DNA of 64,000 bases from Sminthopsis crassicaudata (Eukaryota), in assembly GCF_048593235.1 (NCBI RefSeq), contig NC_133619.1, forward strand, positions 582,979,963 through 583,043,962. The letters run 5' to 3'. The position numbers were made by a program, and so were the translations under genes. The notes below the pieces were generated by a model, which was not told the DNA's origin, did no database searches, and worked only from the letters and a program-made list of their open reading frames with translations. Positions 38,029 to 49,180 of this stretch are shown here, piece after piece. The first letter of the stretch is position 1. Each line of letters opens with the position of its first letter.

Positions 38029-40149
38029 CATCACTCCAGCCCAGAATAGGGGTTCTTTCCTGGGGTCTTCTCAACTTGTCTTAGGAGAACAACCACTTTA
38101 CTCCAGATTTTGTTTCTTTCCTCTGCTTTACTTCCCGCAGAGGTGTTCTTTTGTCTTTCTGTGAATGGGAGGGGAATTTTGAGAACCAAAAAATTTTCTG
38201 ATCCACTCTTCCATCTTTTAAATATTTTCCTCTTGTTTATTTCCATGACCTTTTTTCAACTTCTTAGTAATAGTCTTTATCCAAGATTTGTTTGGAAATA
38301 ACACAACTATATGTTTCAATACAAAAAGCATTTTTACAAAAGATCAATAATCAAAAAATATAAATAGCTCAAAAGAAGAATTAAAAACCATTAAGAAGCA
38401 GATGAATATTATAGGCTCTAAAGCACTAACAACATTATGATCTAAATTTAAATGAATGTAGTTTTACCTAATATAGATCAAAATGCCAAAAAAGACAAGG
38501 CAGGAATGATGAATATTAGGAGGTCTGTGGAGAGACAGATACCTAAAACACTATTAGGGGAGTGGTGACTAGGCATAACTTTTTTAGAAAATAACTNNNN
38601 NNNNNNNNNNNNNNNNNNNNNNNNNNNNNNNNNNNNNNNNNNNNNNNNNNNNNNNNNNNNNNNNNNNNNNNNNNNNNNNNNNNNNNNNNNNNNNNNNNNN
38701 NNNNNNNNNNNNNNNNNNNNNNNNNNNNNNNNNNNNNNNNNNNNNNNNTTGTTTTAAGGAAGAGGTTAAATCTAAGTTATTATTCATCATATAAAGATTA
38801 GCTAAACAAGCTGGGGTCCATGAATGAAATATAAAATATTGTGCTCTAGGAAATATAAAATGTTGAATATAGAGAAGTGCTAACATAAGCTGAACATCTC
38901 TGCAAAGTGATACATACAGAACCAACAAAAAAAAGACAATAATTATAATAATGTAAATGGAAAGAACAAGAACAAATCCAATTTTTAAAAACTGCTGCAA
39001 GATAACAATGGCCAAGCATTTGAACCCAAGGAAGAGCTGTGAAAATGTGCTTATCTACATTTTGTACAAATCAGAGAAGCAGAGCAGAGAGAGGGCACAT
39101 ACCAACAAGGTAAGGAATGTGGAACTCTTTGTATAAGACTTGGTGACTTAGTGAATGTGTTCATTTTAAGAAAATCTTCTTTATAAGGAATGAGTCTTTG
39201 GTAGAGTAAGATTATTAAGTAATATTGAGAAATGTAGTTGATAAAAAAGAAAATAACTTTTTTTTTATCCTCTATTTTGTTTTCACCTTTTCAGATTTCA
39301 ACCTTTCAGGCTAATCTCCTATTGATCTGTCTCACATATTCTACAATTCAGTCATATTGGCCTCCTTGTTCTTTCTGGTGTCATATTAAGAACTACTTTA
39401 TATTACTTCATATTTCATTCTATAGGTAATAAGGAGAAAATGAAGCTTCATGAGCAGGGAAATTTTGCTAAGATCTTCCAACTGAAATAGTTCTTGATAT
39501 TTGAGACAATAGTGGGAAACAGTGCTTTGAATCTCAGTTGTCTTTCAGGACTTTCCCACTGTTCATTTGTTTTCTTTGTATACAACTCCCCATGACACTT
39601 TTTGGGCTTTTCTTAGTAGATATTCTGGAGTGGTTTGTCATTTCCTTCTGCAGCCTATTTTATAGATGAAGCACTGAAAAGTGACTTGCCTAGCTTCATA
39701 TAGACAGTAAGAGACTGAAGCCAGATTTTAATTCTCCAAGATACATCTTCTTGACATTAGGCATAATATGCTATCTATAGCATCACCTAGCCATTAGTAG
39801 ATTATGATTATATAAAATCCAATGCTCTTTTTCCCAGGCCTCATATTCCTAGACTTTTTAATAGCTTTTACACCATTGATGACCCTCTTCTGAATATCCC
39901 CAAGTCTTAACACAATGCCTGGCACAAAAAAGGTAATACTGAATGTTTATAGATAGATTGATTGGTGTTTTCTTTTGTTTTTCATGACATGAGCCTTTGC
40001 AGCAACATGGTTAATATCACCTTGACCAGAAGCTTCCAGTAGAATGTCACAGGGAACTGTCCAGAATGCTGCTTAACAGTTTTATAAGTGATTTGGACAA
40101 AAGTATAGATAGAATGCTTACAAATTTTCAAATGACTAGAATGTAGAAG

Positions 40150-40630
40150 ATGTATTTAATACAATGCATGCCAGAGTTGGCATCCAAAAAGATCTTTCAG
40201 AAGATTGGACTATTATGCTGAGTTTAATAATCTAATTTAATAATCATTTTATTAACAACAATGTAAAATCTTATACCAAAGTTCTAATTACCTCACAAAT
40301 ATAAAATGGGGGAAGGCATGGTTTTAAATAATCATTTTCAATGAAAAATAGCTGTAGCCTTTTACTGTGCTTTTGCTAATATTGTGATAAGGCAGCACAA
40401 AAGGCAATCTGATCATAGATTTCATCAGGAGAATCATAGTTCCTAGGGTTAAGATCAAAGTGCTCCAGTATTCTGTCTTGGTCAAACCACATGAAGAATA
40501 CCAGAATTATTTATGGAACCTAATTTTAAGAAAGACTTTGATAAACTGAAGAGCATTCTTGGGATTACAGCTAGGATGGTAAATGAATGTCTTATAAAAT
40601 GTTTGAAAGGAGTGGGGCATGTTTAGATGG
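40150..40630 (+). mobile_element. L3/CR1 LINE fragment
   Basis: aatgtaaaatcttata...tataaaatggggaaggcatgg, tgtgataaggcagcacaaaaggc, ggtcaaaccacat...aagaaagactttgataaactgaagag, ggatggt...gtttag match recalled L3 RT C-terminal motifs. Confidence 0.7.
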
Positions 40631-40879
40631 GATATCAGGGGAGCAGAATATCCTTGCAGTTTTCTAGCCATAATGGACTCTTTGTAGAATTATCAAGCCA
40701 TATTACCCCCTTTGTTCAACTCTCTTATTGAAAATATATTTGCATATTGAAAAAGATAACTTTTTTTTTCAAATTTGATCCACAATGTGGGAAAAGAAAA
40801 GAGAATAAGCCTTTATCTTGCCTACAATATGTGTGGTAAACACTTTTATCTCATGTGCTAAGCTGAATGTTATCTTACT

Positions 40880-41085
40880 GTAATTGATGTTTCTACAGAC
40901 ATTATTTCATCTGATCCTCATAATAGCCCAGAGAGATAAATGCTATCATTGCCTCCTTGTTACAGTTGGGAATAGTAGAGATTAAGGGACTTGCCCAGAA
41001 TCTCACAGAAAGATTTAAGGCAGGATTTGAACTCAAGCCTTGCTGAATTCTAGCCTAGTTCTCTATTCACCATGTCATCTATCAG
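40880..41085 (-). mobile_element. MIR
   Basis: tcatctgatcctcataatagcc...attaagggacttgcccagaatc...ggatttgaactcaag. Confidence 0.75.
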
Positions 41086-42849
41086 CCTAGTATGCAGATT
41101 TATTTGCCCTTAAGGAAGTATGTGAGTGTTGGAGTAGGTCCTAGGCATTCTGAGAAGATTGGAAAATATTTGAGACTATGGATATAATTCTTGAAACATC
41201 ATGCAGGCTTATTGATGCTCTTTAACAATTAATTGACCCATAGTGAGAATCATTTGTATACCAGTTCTATACTCATCATTTTATTAACCCAGAGGAAAGA
41301 TTTAAAAATGAAACACAAACAAGCAAAGAACAGCAACTGAAGAATTTTGCACCAAAGAGTTATAATTTGACAAATTATTATTACTTATTTATGACTCAAA
41401 AAAATGGAGATTTTTGAAATATTGCAGAAAGCTAGCTTAAATTTGGATAAGATCTCTCACCCAGGCAACCCAGGATTATACCAGGAAAAAAAGAAAAATT
41501 ATGTACCACAGGATCATTGCTTTCCTGCCTTCTGACAGGAAATGACAGGCTTCCAAGTGGAGGCCCCAGAGGAATAGAACTGGGGAGGCTTCTGCAAATC
41601 CTATGGAAAGAGTCTTTGCTCTTTCTGAAAGAGCATTTTGTACATCTAGTTGGGATTGATTACAACTAAGTCATAAAATCATTACTCAATGAGCCCAGTA
41701 TAAATGAGTCCAGAAATAAGATAGACAGATTTAAAGAACCCAAAGTCATTAAAGACACATGGAACTGGAGAAGGAAAAATTGCAAGAAGCCTTGTAGAGT
41801 TGGAAGAGAGGAGAGACAAGGACATGCCACAAGGAGCAGAGGGCTGGATACTGGGATCAAGGATATCTGCATCAATCAGCTGGGAGGAGTTTCAAGCCTG
41901 AAACTGTATTGCTAATACTTGTCTGACCACAGAGCCCAACGGGGCTCTATATCTCCTTTGTTCTCTTGGGATCCTTTAGGAAAATCTGGAAGTATGTTTT
42001 CTAAAGCCTAAGTCATTTAATCACCTTTCTTCATGTTTATAAAAAAAAATAGCACAAAACTCAAATCACTAGTCTTTGTTAGATTGGGTATATTTTTTTT
42101 CTAAATGGAGTTGAGAAAAAAGCAATCTGGATGGGAAGAAGGTATATGGAAAAGAGGGAGAGAGAAAGAGGGACCAGGACAGAGACTAAGATTAAGATAT
42201 ATTATCACTGGCATGTTCTGCCAGAATGAAAATATTTTAACTGAAAGGTTAAAGCTTAAAAAATAGAAAATCATAGACATAGTTACATAGTTATTATAAT
42301 TTCCAAGAGAAATAAGAGCACAATTGTTCAATGAGAGTGGCAAATAAGAGTAGTAAAACAAACTCTGCTCATAATAAGACATCATTTATTCTAAGATGCA
42401 ATGCTTTCTCGTTGATTAAATTTTTAGTCTTTTTACTTCCATAACTCAATCAAAAGGTGACACTACCTTGTAGTCTTTCCTGGNNNNNNNNNNNNNNNNN
42501 NNNNNNNNNNNNNNNNNNNNNNNNNNNNNNNNNNNNNNNNNNNNNNNNNNNNNNNNNNNNNNNNNNNNNNNNNNNNNNNNNNNNNNNNNNNNNNNNNNNN
42601 NNNNNNNNNNNNNNNNNNNNNNNNNNNNNNNNNNNNNNNNNNGCCTAGAACATTTTTTTAAATTTCTTCTTTGTTCCTTATGTTATACTTAACTATGAAA
42701 CTATTATCTTCCCTTTCCTACATGAAACATGAGCTTGTAGGTAATAGTAATGGTTTCATGTTTTTATTTTTATGTTTTTATATATTGAAATACATTAGTT
42801 ACTAAAATAATTAAGTCAAAATACAAAGTAAATTCTATTCAATATGTCT

Positions 42850-44050
42850 TTATTAAGCATCTTTTATGTGTGGTGCATTGTGCTCAATGCTGGTTAAACA
42901 GAGAACAAAATCAAGCAGTTCTTGTTCTCAAAGAGCTTACATTATATATTCCATGCGAAGTAACATGATCATAAAACCAATATTTAAAAACCATTGATAT
43001 GGTTTTATCAAGGTGGAAAATGCACCAAACCTGGGATTTAGGAAAGGTTATGTGTAAAAGGGACAGGTTAATGGCGTCCAGAGCAAAGGGATATTCATTC
43101 CAAGAAAGGAGAAATAACTTTTCCAAAGACTTGGTAGAAAGAAATGGAATGTCATGAAGCAAAAAGTCAGTCAGTAGTCATTTATTAATACCAACTATGT
43201 GCCCATGATAAGGGATGTGTCAAAAGGAAGGGAAGATATAGTCCCTGCTGTCTGCAAATCCTGCCCCCAAAATAAACAAAATACCAAACAAAGTAAAAAT
43301 ATATGTGCAATCAAGCCAGAGTGGAATAAATTGGAGATAAGCAACAGGAGGAAGGGACTAGGAATAACCCTAAAACAACAAGTAGTAGAAACATAAAACA
43401 TATGAAGTAAAGCAATTTGAAATGATCTTAGAAGCAGGTTGAAATCATATTGATAAGTACTTTAAATCAATCAGAAAAGTTGATATGTCATCCCAGAATC
43501 AATAAGACACCAATGATGCTTCTTGAGCAAGCAATTGTCAAGATCAGTTGTGTGCTTCAGGATTGTTTATTTAGGGAAAAAGGAGAAGATTGTGTGGATA
43601 TAGGAGAGAGTAGAGGTAGGAAAATTAATAAGAAAGCTACTCTATGAGTCCAGGTAAGAAATAATGGGGTCCCAAACCAGAGAGATTATCATGTGAGTAG
43701 ATATGAAGGGATGGATACAGAAATGTGGAGATAGACATAATATGTCAAGAGATTAGATAAGAGACTGAGGGAGATTGAGAAACTGAGGATGATTCTAAGG
43801 GAGGTCATGAACAGTTGTGACTGCAATGATTGTGGAAGCCTGGACAGAAATGTAGAAGTTCCAAGAGGACTGGATTTTGGACTGGGAAGATAATCCTCTC
43901 CGATTTGGACATGTTAATTTTTAGATATCTATGAAGCAATCATGTGAAGATTTCCAACAGTCAAGGAGGTAAGAAATAAGCTTGGAGAAGACTGAGTAAG
44001 AAATGTGAACAAAACTAAGAGGAAGCAATATTGATCAGAACTAAGTTGAG
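42850..44050 (-). mobile_element. Diverged L2 fragment (paralogous copy at about 56770-58050)
   Basis: ttattaagcatc...tgtgctcaatgctgg...ctcaaagagcttacatt tail; atttggacatgttaatttttagat internal motif. Confidence 0.6.
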
Positions 44051-44605
44051 TATCAATTTGTAATATCTAAATGGTTCTCTGTGGATAAAACAGATCATGG
44101 TTAAAAGTGTTGTGGGATAAATGTATTATGGTTGTAGGAACAAGAAATATAAATATTCTCACAGGAACAAGAAGGCTAGCAGTCAAATCCATTTTGGCTA
44201 ATTATTTAAATATTCTATGTGCCAAAGTTACATCCCCCTGTATAACCTAAAATCTACAACCCATTTCATTCTTAAGCAATTTCAATGAAACTCAAAAATA
44301 GAATGAGATATGCTAGATATATCATTCTTGCTACTTAATGCAAAATTTGACTGCAGGGTTCCCTAATAAAGTCTGGACTGATCACCCTGGATTTATGTGT
44401 CTTTTTCCTCAGAATACCTGTGTCACAAGTAGATACACTGGAGTGTTTCAGAATTGCAATCTACAAGACTCCTCCAAGTTTTTTTTTCTCTTCCTCTAGG
44501 TGATGTAGTTTTCCTGAGAAAAGTGGTAATGAAAACATAATTTAAGTCCTTCTTTCTCAGCATCATAATTCGTCATATGGAATAGGAATAAATTTTTAGC
44601 ATGAC

Positions 44606-45565
44606 CTAGCCCCAGGTGGAGTGAATCCTGGAAGGGACAACTAGACGGATTATCCCTGTGCGAATCTGCTTGGTCTTCACACTGTAAATTATGGGATTGA
44701 GCACAGGAGGCACCAACAAGTAAATGTGAGCCATGAAAATGTGGACAAGGGGAGGGGCATGCTTTGCAAAACGGTGGACAAGAGACAGACCAATCATGGG
44801 CACATAGAGGATGAGGACAGCACAGATGTGGGAGGCACATGTGTTGAGAGCTTTGAGCCTTTCCTTCTGTGATGCAATGCTCAGCACAGAACGGAGAATG
44901 AAGATATAAGAAACCAGAATGCCCAGGGAATCAAATCCCCATAGAATAATGATCAAAACCAATCCATAGATGACATTAAACTTAATATCAGCACAAGCCA
45001 AGCGAATCATGTCCTGATGTAGACAGTAGGAATGAGAAAGGACATGGGAGCGACAAAAAGGGAAGTATGCAAGACGGATCATCAGGGGAATAATGGAAAG
45101 GGAACTCCTGAGAAAAGCTGCTATTCCAATCTTGGTTATGCGCTGTGGGGTAAGGATGGTGGAATACCTCAGGGGGTGGCAGATTGCTACATAGCGGTCA
45201 AAGGCCATTGCCAGGAGTACAGCTGATTCTGTGAAGGAGAAAGTATGGATGAAGAACATCTGTATCACACAAGTGTTGAATTCAATCTCTCTGGAGATGG
45301 ACCACAAGACTCGGAAGAGTGATACAAGAGTGGGAAGGGACATGCCCATATCAGTGAGAGACAACATGGCCAAGAAATAGTACATGGGTTCATGGAGGCT
45401 TGGGTCAGTTCTGACTATATGAAGGATGGTACAGTTGCCCACTATCCCAATCAGGTAGAAGATGCAGAAAGGGATGGAGATCCAGTGGTGTAGTGCCTCA
45501 TAACCAGGAATCCCAATGAAGTAGAATGTGGTAGATAGGTCACTACTGATATTAAAGTCTGCCAT
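44606..45565 (-). CDS. Class I olfactory receptor, OR51 family, copy B, intact (319 aa)
   Basis: NIS sequon, GIPGYE, LHEPMYYFL, MAFDRYVAIC, SHSYCLHQD, KALNTCASH, HRFAKH, PPVLNPIIYSVKT. Confidence 0.96.
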   Translation of the reverse strand: MADFNISSDLSTTFYFIGIPGYEALHHWISIPFCIFYLIGIVGNCTILHIVRTDPSLHEPMYYFLAMLSLTDMGMSLPTLVSLFRVLWSISREIEFNTCVIQMFFIHTFSFTESAVLLAMAFDRYVAICHPLRYSTILTPQRITKIGIAAFLRSSLSIIPLMIRLAYFPFCRSHVLSHSYCLHQDMIRLACADIKFNVIYGLVLIIILWGFDSLGILVSYIFILRSVLSIASQKERLKALNTCASHICAVLILYVPMIGLSLVHRFAKHAPPLVHIFMAHIYLLVPPVLNPIIYSVKTKQIRTGIIRLVVPSRIHSTWG

Positions 45566-45613
45566 GGAGCTTCTGGAAAGAGCTGCAATCCCATGTCATA
45601 CATGTAATTACTC

Positions 45614-45640
45614 CTACAAGGAAATGAAAAACACAAAATG
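45614..45640 (-). promoter_or_regulatory. Predicted 3' splice site of the OR51 copy B coding exon
   Basis: Minus strand ttttgtgtttttcatttccttgtAG|gagtaat, 48 nt upstream of the ATG; the same motif is conserved in copy C at 62072-62100. Confidence 0.65.
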
Positions 45641-45648
45641 GCTGCAAA

Positions 45649-46479
45649 GTATACTTTAATATGAATTTGGTTGCTCTAATTTCCTGTTTTCTATTTAACC
45701 ACTGCTATTTTTACCCCTCTATTTTCTCTTTGTCCTTATTTCCTCCAAACTTTTCTACTGATATTTTGGAGTTACAAAGTTTGCTAAATGGTTTATTTTA
45801 TCCTTAAACAGCTGATAAGAGCAATTATAAGCTTTTTGATCCCATTATAAATTCCTTTAATATAGAAAGCTGTTTGAATTTTTTTTTGCCTTATTTGTAG
45901 TTCTGCATGAATAAGAAACAACCTGTTGTTTAAGGATTAAATTTGTTTAAAGTTTAATTCAAGAAGTTTAGATTATGCTGCCACAAAGTCTTGCAGGAAC
46001 ATGAAGATTGATACAAGGAATAGAAGTTTCCCCCTGTTGTGACTCACTAGGAAAGTCCTTCTGCAGAAAGTGTGACAATTAGAACAATTAGAGAAACTGA
46101 GGAAGGACAATTAGGGAAACTGAGTCAGAACAATTTAGGCAAACTGAGGTATACTTTAATATGAATTTGGTTGCTCTGATTTCCTGTTTTCTATTTAACC
46201 ACTGCTATATTTACCCCTCTATTTTCTCTTTGTCCTTATTTCCTCCAAACTTTTCTACTGATATTTTGGAGTTACAAAGTTTGCTAAATGGTTTATTTTA
46301 TCCTTAAACAGCTGATAAGAGCAATTATAAGCTTTTTGATCCCATTATAAATTCCTTTAATATAGAAAGCTGTTTGAATTTTTTTTTGCCTTATTTGTAG
46401 TTCTGCATGAATAAGAAACAAAACCTGTTGTTTAAGGATTAAATTTGTTTAAAGTTTAATTCAAGAAGTTTAGATTATG
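45649..46479. repeat. Near-identical direct repeat, 329/331 bp, with a 171-bp spacer
   Basis: 45649-45977 vs 46149-46479; two substitutions and one 2-bp indel. Confidence 0.95.
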
Positions 46480-46889
46480 TTCTTTATGTTTCTTGATTCT
46501 TCCTGAATTTTTTCCTGTCACAGTGTTTTTATTTAACAATTAAAGGACATTGCTATGAATATTTTATTAAAAAACTGAGTTTTTGTTTATGATTTCCTTG
46601 GGGGCATATATCCACTCATGGAATCACTAAGTCATTAGATATGAACAATTTAATCCCTTTTCTTATATAATTCAAAGTTCAACTTTTCATCTATCATCAT
46701 TCTATAAAAATATAACCTCACAGTTTAAATTGCTATTCTTATGTTCCCACAGGTCTTAGCAAATTAACTTAATATTTTATTATTTGCCAACCTGATAGGT
46801 AGAAGATAAAACTTCAGGTTTGTAACTAATCTGAATTTATATTACAAGGAATGATTTAGAGCAAATTTGCATATAATAGCTAACAATAA

Positions 46890-47395
46890 TATTTACTCTG
46901 TGCCAGGCATTAAGCTAAACACTCTGTTATTTTTATCTTTTTTTTATTTTCATTTTTTATTCTAGCATCCCTGAAAGCTAAGTGCTTTGTCTTTGTTTTA
47001 CATATGGAGAAATTGAAGCAAACAGGAAGTAAAGTGACTTCCCCAGTGACACACAGCTAGTGAGTGTCTAAGGCTGAATTTTAAATCAGATCTTCCTTAC
47101 TCCTGACTCCAGGCCTAGTGGTCTATCCACTATGTCATCTAGCTCATCATTTATTAAAAAAAAAAAAAAACCACTGTATGTTTATTTCCTGTGACCTCTT
47201 GTTGTTGTTACTCAGTTGTTTCCAATTCTTTGTGACCATTTTGGGGTTTTCTTGGCAAAGATACTAGAGCGGTTTTGTCATTTCCTTCTCTGGATCATTT
47301 TACAGATAGAAAAAAATTGAAGAAATAGGATTAAATAATTTGACCAACATCATACAGCCACTAATTGTCTGAAGTTGGATTTGAATTCATGAGGA
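46890..47395 (-). mobile_element. MIR followed by a Mar1-like SINE
   Basis: gtaaagtgacttccccagtgacacacagctag core; tggggttttcttggcaaagatactagagcgg tail. Confidence 0.7.
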
Positions 47396-47570
47396 TAAAT
47401 TGGAGGTCATATCAGATAGAAGGAAAAGAGTTTGAAAAGTAACAGGAAACATTTCTTGCAGATATGGAACTTTAGCTGAGACTCAATGGAAACCTGGGAA
47501 GTTGAGAGGCAGAGATGAGAAGGGAAAACATTTAAAGTCCTGTATAAAGTGAGAAAGGCTGCATAATTTT

Positions 47571-47819
47571 TTTTCTTTTTTAACTAAAGCTTTTTTCTTT
47601 TCAAAATATATGCATGGATAATTTTTCAACATTAACCCTTGCTAAACCTTGTATTCCAACTTTCCCCCATTCCCCCATCCCCTCTTCTAGATGCCAAGTA
47701 ATCCAATATATGTTAAACATGGTAAAATATGTTTAATTCAATGTATGCATACATATTTATACAATTATCTTGCTGCATAAAGATAATAAAATCAAACAGG
47801 AAAAAATGAGAAAGAAATA
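47571..47819 (-). mobile_element. 5'-truncated L1 3' end with perfect 17-bp TSD
   Basis: aaaggctgcataatttt at 47554-47570 and 47820-47836; TT/AAAA site. Confidence 0.9.
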
Positions 47820-48309
47820 AAAGGCTGCATAATTTTAACAAAGATCCCTTACCATACAAAATCTGTAATCTTCCCAAGACTTCTAACAACGGCAATAAGA
47901 ATAATAATTAACACAAAACAAAAATAATAATATCACATCTATTTAGCACTGAAAGCTTACCAAAATTTTCTATGCAACAATCATCTCCAAGTAATAGACC
48001 CAACTATCAAATCTCTAATATAGTACTTCAACCCAAATCTTCTGACTTCCACATTAAATGTTTTAGTTCCTTTGCCTCTGAAGACTGAACAACCTAGATA
48101 ATCTGGTGATCTTTTAACAGTGTAGAGTCTAAAGACTAAATGAAAAAGAAAACTGTATGCTGTATATTTTACCATTATACTTATTATTGAGACCATAACT
48201 CTATTAATGTAGTAGAATATTAATCCACTGTTAATGGATTACCCTATATTATCATCTATAAAACTGAAGACATTACTCAGTTTTAGAGCCTATAATTTAT
48301 TGTAGATTG

Positions 48310-48545
48310 GGAGAGGGCAAATAGGTGGCACAATAGAAGAAATATAAGACTTGAATTGGAAAAGAACAGAACTTGAAGTAGACCTCAGATATTTGTAAAC
48401 TGTGTGACTTTGAGTAATCCACTTAAGCACTTTGCCTCAGATTCCTCATTTGTTAAATTGGGAAAATAAAATCACCTACCACATAGAGTTAATTTGAAAA
48501 TCAAATGAGATATCATATGTAAAACTTTGCAAACACATATTGATG
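48310..48545 (+). mobile_element. MIR
   Basis: ggtggcacaatagaaga...ctgtgtgactttgagtaatcc...cctcagattcctcatttgttaaattgg...tcaaatgagatatc. Confidence 0.75.
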
Positions 48546-48689
48546 CTAATTATTATGTCGCATTGTTATTATCCTCATCACCATGATTATCATTATGAAT
48601 GAGAGGAGTGGAAATTCGAAGAGTATGCCTAGGACACTGGAATAATAATTAATATTTTTATGTTATCCTTACCAGACTGAGAGGTAAAT

Positions 48690-48960
48690 CATAGAAGAAG
48701 GCAACTATTGACATGCTCTCCTGGATCATTTCCTTGTTGTGACAGAAGGGCTTGTGCATCTCAGTGAAACCATGAGCCATTCCAAGAGGATTACCCAAAA
48801 TGGATAGGACATAATAAAGAGTCCTCAAAAATGGTGAACTAGTAGACAAGAAAATACCAAATCAGTCCAGTATCTTTGCTGAGAAAATTTCAGGGACAGT
48901 ATTAAATCCCTCACAGGGGCATGAAGAGTCAAATTATAACTGAATGACTGAACAACAAAC
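48690..48960 (+). mobile_element. Short RTE/BovB-type non-autonomous element
   Basis: tctcagtgaaaccatgagccat...cccaaaatggatagg...ccagtatctttgctgagaa (Bov-A-like segment) joined to cacaggggcatgaagagtc...ctgaatgactgaacaacaa (RTE 3' end). Confidence 0.6.
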
Positions 48961-49149
48961 CATTTCTATAGAGGAGGAAAATCTTTGGCTGTATAATGTA
49001 TTATATAAGAAAGAAAGAAAAATGAAAGGAGAATAGCAATCCGTATTGCATTGCTAGGGAGTCAATGTGGAGAGCACCAGTCAGTGTTTTGAATAGTAGA
49101 TGGGAGAAAAACTAAACATCAAAAGATAGCTTTTTTGTTTGTTTGGTTT

Positions 49150-49180
<31 letters not shown>

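Noticed and set aside
44606-45565. Specific gene symbol (the sequence recalls an OR51R1-type gene)
   Set aside because: Memory-based resemblance only; orthology needs a phylogeny
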